From the NCBI GenBank assembly GCA_964014485.1, contig CAXHAT010000068.1, forward strand, positions 1-36,576: 36,576 nucleotides of DNA. The letters are read 5' to 3'. Below are positions 1 to 7,662 of this stretch, in pieces (the stretch's first letter is position 1; the number at the start of each line of letters is the position of its first letter). Origin of the DNA: an uncultured Deferribacteres bacterium. GTDB taxonomy: Bacteria; Zhuqueibacterota; Zhuqueibacteria; Zhuqueibacterales; Geothermadaptataceae. A program made the position numbers and the translations under genes. The notes beneath the pieces were generated by a model. It saw only the letters and a list, made by a program, of their open reading frames with translations, did not search any database and had not been told where the DNA came from.

Positions 1-40
1 TTGATAAACAGTTGCTGTATGATGAAGCTGGCGCGTAACA

Positions 41-1093
41 TCAGTTAAAAACCAACAGCTTCTCTGAATCTGCTTCGGCGACGATCCCAATTTTCTTCGC
101 CTGATCAACGCCCGCTTCATGCAGCCGGGCGAGAATTTCATCGGCTTGCTCTTTCGCAATAGCGACGAGAAGGCCGCCGCTGGTTTGCGGATCAATGAAA
201 ATTTCTTCATGCCAACGAGCAAGTTCCCGATCAAAATGCAGCGCGTTTTTCACCAACGCCCGATTCGCGGAATTGACGCCAGTGGTCATGCCGCGTTGAT
301 ACATTTCGAGCGCTTCATCCATAATCGGCACGTCGTCGATGTTTATTTCCAGCGCGACGCCGGAGCCTTCGGCGATTTCCAGCGCATGTCCCGCCAATCC
401 GAACCCCGTCACGTCAGTCGAAGCATGGACGTCGAAATTTTGCAAAACTTCGCAGGCGGTTTTGTTGAGAGTTGAAATCGTTTCAAGGCATTTTCCTAAC
501 GCTCGTTCCGAGACCCAGCCTTTCAAATTGGCGTTAAAAATCACGCCGCTGCCGATGGGCTTGGTTAGAATCAAAACATCGCCAGGGCGCGCCCCGGTGT
601 TCTTCCAAATTTTGTTCGGATGCACCACGCCGGTGATCGACAAACCGAATTTGGGCTCTTCGTCATCCGTCGTGTGGCCGCCGGCGAGAACAGCGCCCGC
701 TTCAGTGATTTTGTCCAGAGCGCCTGCAACGATCCCGTGCAACACTTCCGGCTCCAGTTTTTTCGAAGGAAAGCCGACAAGATTGAGGCACGTCAACGGC
801 CGTCCGCCCATCGCGTACACGTCGCCCAAGGCATTGGCCGCCGCAATTTGACCGAATAAAAACGGATCGTCCACAGGCGGCGTGATGAAGTCCGCGGTCG
901 TAATGATCGCCGTTTCGTCGTTCAAACGATAGACCCCTGCGTCGTCGCAGCTTTCAAAGCCGACCAACAGGTTCGGATCGCTTTTTTGCGGCAGTTTTTC
1001 GAGCAGTTCCTTTAGCCCGACCGGGCTGACTTTAGCCGCTCAGCCGCAGGTGCGCGCGAGGCTTGTCAATGTGTATTTTTTGTGCTTTGGCAT
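41..1093 (-). CDS. selD: Selenide, water dikinase (selenophosphate synthetase), selenocysteine-containing, 350 aa
   Basis: The ORF-track protein (41..967) has SelD motifs DDAGV, DFITPPVDDP, ANALGDVYAMGG, LAGGHT, DVTGFGLAGH, DPQTSGGLL. The same frame read upstream gives ATG(1093) MPKHKKYTLTSLARTCG-TGA(1042..1040)-AAKVSPVGLKELLEKLPQKSDPNLLVGF. The TGA sits at the catalytic Cys/Sec position three residues before the conserved Lys. Confidence 0.96.
1014..1027 (-). promoter_or_regulatory. Bacterial SECIS-like hairpin in selD mRNA
   Basis: Minus strand after the UGA: GCGGCUAAAGUC-AGCCC-GGUC-GGGCU. This is a perfect 5-bp stem with a G-led GGUC loop starting 17 nt after the UGA, matching the general bacterial SECIS layout. 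Confidence 0.8.
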
Positions 1094-1100
1094 TCTTTGA

Positions 1101-2585
1101 TTATGGTCTATGCCACCAATTCGTCCGTGCGCCAATGTGGAGCTGGACGGTTTTCAGTTCGAGAAACTCGTCGATTGAGAAACGCCCAAGTTCACGCCCC
1201 AGACCGCTTTCTTTGTAACCGCCGAACGGCAACTCCGGATAGCCGTCCATAAACGAATTGACCCAAATAGTTCCGGCGCGAATTGAGCGCGTCAGGTTCA
1301 ACGCAGTGTCGACGTCCCTCGTCCAAATTCCGGCGGAAAGACCGTACAAAACGTTATTGGCTATCGCAGTCGCTTCCTCTGCGTCTTTAAATCTGATAAC
1401 AGAAAGAACGGGGCCAAAAATTTCTTCTCCCGCGATTTTCATTCCGTCTTTCACGCCGTCAAAAACCGTTGGTTCAATGAATAGGCCCTGTACCGTCTTC
1501 AGTCGTCCGCCGCCTAGACAAACATTCGCACCTTCAGAACGCCCGGCGTTAACGTAATTCATGATTTTATCAAACTGTTCCTGATTGATAATCGCACCGA
1601 CTTTAGTGCTCTCGTCCAGCGGATCGCCGACCGGGACGGTTCGCGCCTGTTCGACAACGGCTTTGACAAAATCGTCCGCGATTTCTTCTTGCACGAGCAG
1701 ACGACTGCCGCTGTTACAGCACTCGCCCATGTTGAAGTATACGCCAAAAACAACGGCGTCCAGCGCCGCGTCTAAATCTGCATCGGCGAAGACGATTTGC
1801 GGGTTCTTGCCGCCCAACTCCAGAGAAACTTTTTTCAAATTCCCCTGTGAAGCCGCCACCACCTTTTTGCCCACTTCCGTCGAACCTGTGAAAGAAATCA
1901 TGTCAACGTCCGGGTGCTCCGAGAGCCGCGAACCGACCGGGACGCCGTCGCCGGTCACAATATTAACCACGCCCGGCGGCAGTCCGGCTTCTTCGAGCAA
2001 TTTGGCCAAATGCAAGGTCGTGCCGGGCGTCAATTCACTCGGCTTCACCACCGCCGTGCATCCAACCGCCAATGCAAAAGGCAGTTTTTGACTGATGATC
2101 AACAGTGGGAAATTCCACGGCGTGATCATGCCGACAACGCCGACCGGTTCTTTCAAAACCAGCCCGAGCATGTCCGCGCCGAGCGCGTTGTAGCTGTCGC
2201 CGTAAACGTGGTACGCCAATGTTGCCGCGTACTGCCAGAGTCCGGCGGTCGCTTCCATTTCGCCGCGCGCCTGAGAAATCGGCTTGCCGCTTTCCAGCGT
2301 TTCAATGAAGGCAAGATGTTCGCTGTCTCGCGTAATCAAATCCGCGACTTTCCGTAAAAGCGCTGCGCGATCAGCGCCTTTCATGCTTGGCCAACCACCG
2401 CCATCAAACGCTTTCCGCGCCGCGGCGACCGCCTGGTCAACGTCCGCCGCATCCGCCGACGGATAATCGCCGGCGGCAGCGTCATGCGCCGGACTTTCGC
2501 GCTGAAATCGTTCACTGCTTCGGGCGTCCGTCCACTTGCCATCGATAAACATTTGATAAGAAAACGGCTTCTGGGGAAGCTGCAT
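1101..2585 (-). CDS. NAD(P)-dependent aldehyde dehydrogenase (sorbosone/betaine aldehyde dehydrogenase-like)
   Basis: ALDH motifs ITPWNFP, KPSE, FTGSTEVG, LELGGKNP, catalytic Cys in NMGECCNSGSR, EEIFGPV, PFGGYKESG. RBS GAGGAG precedes the ATG. Confidence 0.95.
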   Translation of the reverse strand: MQLPQKPFSYQMFIDGKWTDARSSERFQRESPAHDAAAGDYPSADAADVDQAVAAARKAFDGGGWPSMKGADRAALLRKVADLITRDSEHLAFIETLESGKPISQARGEMEATAGLWQYAATLAYHVYGDSYNALGADMLGLVLKEPVGVVGMITPWNFPLLIISQKLPFALAVGCTAVVKPSELTPGTTLHLAKLLEEAGLPPGVVNIVTGDGVPVGSRLSEHPDVDMISFTGSTEVGKKVVAASQGNLKKVSLELGGKNPQIVFADADLDAALDAVVFGVYFNMGECCNSGSRLLVQEEIADDFVKAVVEQARTVPVGDPLDESTKVGAIINQEQFDKIMNYVNAGRSEGANVCLGGGRLKTVQGLFIEPTVFDGVKDGMKIAGEEIFGPVLSVIRFKDAEEATAIANNVLYGLSAGIWTRDVDTALNLTRSIRAGTIWVNSFMDGYPELPFGGYKESGLGRELGRFSIDEFLELKTVQLHIGARTNWWHRP

Positions 2586-2605
2586 TGCGCTCTCCTCTTT
2601 TTCTA

Positions 2606-3280
2606 TCAGGTTTTTCTTGTAAAATCTTGTACTTTCGAGTTTTTGTTTAGCAACGAAAGATCAAAATTCATTTTCTCAATCTCTTGTTTGGCATACAAGT
2701 AGTTTTGTCTTTTTTTTCGAATATTGAGTTTAAACATAATGAACCAAATCGAAAAAAGCGCCAAATACGGCGGGTAGAAAAAAATCGATTGATAAGCAAA
2801 TATGACGAAGATATCGCCCAAAGTCGCAATGAAATAGAGGGATACCATGAAGGAAATCATAAAACTCAAATACGATTCCTTAAAGGCGTTGACAACAATC
2901 GGAACACTCAAGACGAGTCCGACAAGTGATCGCAACAAAGCGCCTGAAGCGCTCAAATTAGGCGGCAATGCGTTAGTTTCTAATTCGGCGTCCATCCAAA
3001 CAAGTACAGCCAATGCAATCGAGTTAACCAAGAGCGAAAAGAACAAAACAAGCGAAGAAATTCTGAACCATTTTTGAAGCGGGCTGATAATGCTGCCTTT
3101 GGCAAGCTCAATCACATGTCCCAGTAATCGTTCAACTTCTTTTTCCTGAAATTGAGCGTTCAATTTCGCGGTGATTTTTTCTGCGGGAACGCCGTCCTTC
3201 AACTGTGCTTCAACAGCCTTCAGGCAATTCCTGAATCTCTCTGCATCGGTAAAGATCGAAAATCTGGGCATTGAACTCAC
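2606..3280 (-). CDS. Hypothetical membrane protein (soluble N-terminus, about 4 hydrophobic segments)
   Basis: 224-aa ORF filling the gap between genes. Hydrophobic stretches ISSLVLFFSLLVNSIALAVLVW, LVGLVLSVPIVV, FMISFMVSLYFIA, YLALFSIWFIMF. No family recognised. Confidence 0.7.
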   Translation of the reverse strand: MSSMPRFSIFTDAERFRNCLKAVEAQLKDGVPAEKITAKLNAQFQEKEVERLLGHVIELAKGSIISPLQKWFRISSLVLFFSLLVNSIALAVLVWMDAELETNALPPNLSASGALLRSLVGLVLSVPIVVNAFKESYLSFMISFMVSLYFIATLGDIFVIFAYQSIFFYPPYLALFSIWFIMFKLNIRKKRQNYLYAKQEIEKMNFDLSLLNKNSKVQDFTRKT

Positions 3281-3454
3281 CCCATAGTTTAAAGTTCGTC
3301 ATCATGAGACATTGCAACTCGCGATAATCAAATCATTGGCGTTTAAACTACAAAAAAGGCATGCATCGAACAACTTTTTCATGCTGCACCAGCAGGGGCA
3401 TTCGTAAAAAATCTTGTCAGAACTTAAAAGACACAGATCAATTGGGACAGAATT

Positions 3455-4606
3455 ATGAACATTTCTACTAAAACAAATTCTCTGCATCAACGCTTCGTCG
3501 TCGCCGACATGCACCTCCACCCTTCTCTGAAAATGTATTTGCTAAACAAGAAATTCGGCAAGCGTTATCGCAGCGGCGGCGCGTTTAATCCCTTCGTTCT
3601 TCGGACAGATTTTCCGACGTTAGACAAAGGCGGCGTCAATCTCATCATTCCCGCCGTTCATCTCGTAGAACGGGCCTTTGTCAATGACTGTTGGGCATTG
3701 AAAATTCTGGCCCGGATCGCGCCCAAAAAATGGCGGCGGATGCTCAAGGGCAACCCGTTTGAACAAACCGTTCGCATGCTCGATCAATTTGAAGACGGCG
3801 TTCAAAAAGCGCGTTCAAAGCATAAAGCCAGAGTTGAGATCGCCCGTTCATATTCAGAAGTTCAGCGAGTTCTAAATCAGAAGAAAATGGCTGTTGTTCA
3901 CAGCGTGGAGGGCGCGCATTCTTTAGACGACAAAATCGACAATTTGGAAACGCTTTTCAATCGCGGCGTTTGCTTGCTCACCCTGGCGCATTTTTATGAA
4001 AACAGCGCCGTTTTTCCGACCAACGCGATCCCCCGAAACATGAAAAAGCTCGGCTGCTTCGGTCATAAACACGATTTGACCAAAGGGCTGACCAACTTCG
4101 GCAAACAAGTCGTCGACAAAATGTTGGACTTGGGGATGCTCATCGATGTGACGCACTCAACGCCAAAAGCGCGGCGGGAAATTTACGACGTCCATCAAAA
4201 TCATGCCAAGCGCAGACCGCTCACAGCTTCGCACATAGGCGCGGCGGCGCTGAACGACGATCCCTACAATTTGACCGATGCTGAAATCAAGACAATCGCC
4301 GACAGCGGCGGAACAATCGGCGTGATTTTTATGAATTATTGGCTGGCGGATTCGAAGCAAAAGAAAGGTCTGCATTTCGTCGTCGAAACGATGAAGCATC
4401 TCAAAAACATCGGCGGGATTGATTGCGTTGCCGTCGGCTCTGACTTCGACGGCTTCACAGATCCGCCGGACGATTTGAAAGACCCGGCGGACATGCCGCA
4501 ATTAACGGACGCGCTTCTGCAAGCGAATTTCACTTTGACTGAAATCGAAAAAATTTTGGGGGAGAATATTCTGCGCGTTTTGAAATATGGGTGGGGAAAA
4601 CAGTAA
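3455..4606 (+). CDS. Membrane/renal dipeptidase family (peptidase M19) metallohydrolase
   Basis: Motifs DMHLH, SVEGAH, LTLAHFYEN, GLTNFGKQVV, IDVTH, ASH, VGSDFDG. Confidence 0.9.
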   Translation: MNISTKTNSLHQRFVVADMHLHPSLKMYLLNKKFGKRYRSGGAFNPFVLRTDFPTLDKGGVNLIIPAVHLVERAFVNDCWALKILARIAPKKWRRMLKGNPFEQTVRMLDQFEDGVQKARSKHKARVEIARSYSEVQRVLNQKKMAVVHSVEGAHSLDDKIDNLETLFNRGVCLLTLAHFYENSAVFPTNAIPRNMKKLGCFGHKHDLTKGLTNFGKQVVDKMLDLGMLIDVTHSTPKARREIYDVHQNHAKRRPLTASHIGAAALNDDPYNLTDAEIKTIADSGGTIGVIFMNYWLADSKQKKGLHFVVETMKHLKNIGGIDCVAVGSDFDGFTDPPDDLKDPADMPQLTDALLQANFTLTEIEKILGENILRVLKYGWGKQ

Positions 4607-4609
4607 ATT

Positions 4610-5386
4610 TTATTCGCCCTTGAACTGCGGCGGGCGTTTTGCGCGAAAGGCTTCAACCCCTTCGCGCCCGTCCTGAGTTGACGCGGCCAACGCACCAGCC
4701 AACGCTTCCAATGCCAGATCAGCTTGCAAATTTTCTCCGGCGTCCACGAGTTGTTTGGCAATTTGAACGGAAATCGGCGCATTTTCAGCAATCGTTCTGG
4801 CGAGCTTTAAAACTTCTTCCTGAAAATGATCTTTCGAAAAACATTCGTTGATCAGTCCCCAACTTTCGGCTTTTTTCGCTGAAATTCCGGCTCCTGAAAA
4901 AATCATTTGTTTTGCACGTGCATCGCCAATCAGCTTGGGCAGACGCGAAGAACCCGCCCATCCCGGAACCGTCGCAATTTTCACTTCGGGCATGGCGAAT
5001 TCAGTGTCATCAACCGCGAAGCGCAAGTCCGCCGCTAACGCCAGTTCCAAACCGCCGCCAAAAGCGTAACCGTTAATTGCGGCGATTACAGGCTGGCGCA
5101 AATTCGCGATTCGGTTAAAAACGCGATGGCCGTTGCGCACCCAATTTCGCCACATGTCCAGCGGTGCTAAAGACGACCATGCGCCAATATCCGCCCCAAC
5201 GCAAAACGCCTTCTCCCCCGCCCCGGTTAGCAGCACGACGCGAATTTCACTTTTCGCTTCAATTTCAGCACAGGCGGATTCAAGCAGTTCCAGCATTTCA
5301 GGATTGAGCGCATTGAGCTTTTCCGGGCGATTGAGCGTGATCGTCGCGATTTCTTCTTCGAAAACAAGTTGAACAAGTGAACTCAA
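4610..5386 (-). CDS. Enoyl-CoA hydratase/isomerase (crotonase) family protein
   Basis: ITLNRPEKLNAL, AFCVGADI, INGYAFGGGLELALAAD, MPEV, EGVEAFRAKRPPQFKG. The TTG start overlaps the upstream stop. Confidence 0.95.
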   Translation of the reverse strand: MSSLVQLVFEEEIATITLNRPEKLNALNPEMLELLESACAEIEAKSEIRVVLLTGAGEKAFCVGADIGAWSSLAPLDMWRNWVRNGHRVFNRIANLRQPVIAAINGYAFGGGLELALAADLRFAVDDTEFAMPEVKIATVPGWAGSSRLPKLIGDARAKQMIFSGAGISAKKAESWGLINECFSKDHFQEEVLKLARTIAENAPISVQIAKQLVDAGENLQADLALEALAGALAASTQDGREGVEAFRAKRPPQFKGE

Positions 5387-7650
5387 TTTGATCTTCCGTT
5401 TTTCAAATCATCGACAAGTCTTTCCGCCGCGTGCATACAAACCGCCCACATGGTCAAGGTCGGGTTGATTCCCGGACACGAAGGGAATGTCGCGCCGCTG
5501 AAAACGTAGAGTCCGGGCGTATCGTGAACGCGCAAATTGCGGTCAACCACCGAACAAACAGGATCATTTCCCATTCGGCAGCCGCCAAGATCGTGACTGC
5601 TGCCAACGCCCGTAAAACGCGGGCCGCGCCAGGTTTTTTGCGCACCCATCAAACGTAGAATTTCTTCTGATTTGCCCTCCATCCAATCCGCCAGTTTACT
5701 CTCGTTTTTACGCATATCGTATGTGATGCGGATTACGGGAGCGCCAAGACCAGAGCGGTCTCGGTACGTTGGATCAAGCTCTAAGAAATTGGTGCTGTAC
5801 GGCAAAGTGTCCGGCTGAATACGCACCACGCCGAAGTTTTGCCATTGGCGAATATGCTTTTTGTACCCGGCGCCCCAAGTCGGAACGTCGGCGGGCAGTG
5901 CTTCGCGACTTATTTGCAGCGGCAAAAATTGATTCTCTGCTCCCAACGTGGCTCCGCCAATAAATCCGTGCTCCATCGAATCAAACTCATCCGCCAGGAA
6001 ATCGTCCAAAACTACGCCTTGCGCCGCCGGGCCGGTGTGTCGGTTGAAAATTGTGTTCGGGAAATAACCGTCGACGTGGGCGAACATTTTGGTCATGAAG
6101 TTTTTTCCAAGCTGCCCGGAATTGTTGCCAAGGCCATCGGCATGTTTTCCATCGCCGGACAAAAACATCAACCGAACGTTTTCGAAAGTGTAGCCGGCTA
6201 AAATTACCGTCCGGCTACGCTGCACATGCTTTTCGCCGTTCGCGTCGACATACTCGACACCGTCGATGTGGCCGTCACGATCCGTCAGCAACCGCGTCAC
6301 CCGGCATTCCGTGCGCAGATCAAGATTGCCGGTTTGCATTGCTTCGGGGATGCACGTGAGCGCAGGATGCCATTTTGAACCGTTCCAAACGCCGAAGCCG
6401 TTGTCCCAGGCTGTGTAAGTCGCCGCTGGTAATCCGTTGTAAGGCCTCGTGTTGTAGCCGACCGGCGTCATGTGCGGATGCAGACCAAGAGAACGGGTCG
6501 CTTTTTTAAAAGAATTCCCCAAGCGAAAATCGCGCGTTGGAGGCAGCGGGTAAGGATTTTTACGCGGGACAAAAGGATTTTGATTATCGCCGGAAAGGCC
6601 GATCATTTGGTCGAGTTGGTTGAAATACGGCTCAAGATCGCGGTAGTCAATCGGCCAATCCGCCAGCGTGCTATGCTCCGGCAATGCACCTTTTCCCCAG
6701 CGTTCAACGACGCGCGTCAACGGCTTGAAATGGTGAGGATGAAAACGCCGCAACCAGGCACCGTAATGAATCACCGATCCGCCGACGCTGTTCATCATTC
6801 TTCCGAGAGAAAAAGTCGCTTCCTGCGTCGGTTCACCGGGATTGCGTCGCCAGCGCGGGGTTTCCTGGGAAAACTTTTCGCCAAGAGTCGCACGGCAATA
6901 GTAAGCATGCCCCAGTTCGTCCGGCAAAAAATGGCTCAAGGAACGCCACGGCCCGGCTTCAAGCGCCGTGACGCGCAATCCGGCTTTCGTCAAAATCGGC
7001 GCGACAATGCCGCCCATAGCGCCCAGCCCAACGAGCAAAATGTCCGGTTCAGAAAAACGCTGACGGTTGTCTTGCCGCAAAACATATTTTTGCTGTTCCT
7101 CAATTTCAACCGCCGTTGCTTCAAGCTGTTGGCGAACATCTGCTAACGACTGATATTTTCCTCCTTTTGAAACCGGCTCTTCCTGCAAATTCTCCTCGGC
7201 GGAATTCTCAAGCCAAACGCCGGGATGCCGCAAAAGCTTCCAACCGGCCATTTCCTGATTGCCGCCATAGACGGGATCGGAAAACAGCCCTTCCTGCAAG
7301 TGCGCGCGAACGAGAGCAAAAAACGCTTGTTGCGGCGGCGACTCGAATTTTTCCAAACGGCCTTTTTCGAGATCGTCAATTATTCGGTCTTTTTCGCTGT
7401 CGCTGCAGGCATCGAAACTTGCGCTAAAACGATCTTCGGCGCAACGATCCAATGCCGCCAAGCCCAATCGATAGGTCTGGCGATGTTCTTTGTAAGCGCC
7501 TGCAAGTGCAAGATCGAGATATGCGACGGCGCCGATTTCCACCGCGCCGGGGCTGTCGCCGTCTTGCGGGAACATCCGTTCAAACAAGGCGGCGACCGTC
7601 GCGGCTTCTCGCTCATTCAGCGAAATCAAAGCTCGGTTATTCGAGTTCAT
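5383..7650 (-). CDS. Fusion of gluconate 2-dehydrogenase subunit 3-like domain and GMC-family flavoprotein oxidoreductase
   Basis: The N-terminal part has PGAVEIGAVAYLD and EGLFSDPVYGGNQEMAGWK (subunit 3 signature). It is followed by the FAD-binding LLVGLGAMGG, VGGSVIHY, GLGNNSGQLGKNFM, SHDLGGCRMG and NPTLT. Start is ATG 7650 or GTG 7656. Confidence 0.9.
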   Translation of the reverse strand: MNSNNRALISLNEREAATVAALFERMFPQDGDSPGAVEIGAVAYLDLALAGAYKEHRQTYRLGLAALDRCAEDRFSASFDACSDSEKDRIIDDLEKGRLEKFESPPQQAFFALVRAHLQEGLFSDPVYGGNQEMAGWKLLRHPGVWLENSAEENLQEEPVSKGGKYQSLADVRQQLEATAVEIEEQQKYVLRQDNRQRFSEPDILLVGLGAMGGIVAPILTKAGLRVTALEAGPWRSLSHFLPDELGHAYYCRATLGEKFSQETPRWRRNPGEPTQEATFSLGRMMNSVGGSVIHYGAWLRRFHPHHFKPLTRVVERWGKGALPEHSTLADWPIDYRDLEPYFNQLDQMIGLSGDNQNPFVPRKNPYPLPPTRDFRLGNSFKKATRSLGLHPHMTPVGYNTRPYNGLPAATYTAWDNGFGVWNGSKWHPALTCIPEAMQTGNLDLRTECRVTRLLTDRDGHIDGVEYVDANGEKHVQRSRTVILAGYTFENVRLMFLSGDGKHADGLGNNSGQLGKNFMTKMFAHVDGYFPNTIFNRHTGPAAQGVVLDDFLADEFDSMEHGFIGGATLGAENQFLPLQISREALPADVPTWGAGYKKHIRQWQNFGVVRIQPDTLPYSTNFLELDPTYRDRSGLGAPVIRITYDMRKNESKLADWMEGKSEEILRLMGAQKTWRGPRFTGVGSSHDLGGCRMGNDPVCSVVDRNLRVHDTPGLYVFSGATFPSCPGINPTLTMWAVCMHAAERLVDDLKNGRSN

Positions 7651-7662
7651 TTTCACAGATTG

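Noticed and set aside
2603..2608. UGA read-through at the end of the membrane protein, and at other TGA-ending genes inspected
   Set aside because: This TGA is followed immediately by TAG. The other TGA-ending proteins look complete, and I noticed no SECIS-like hairpin after them.
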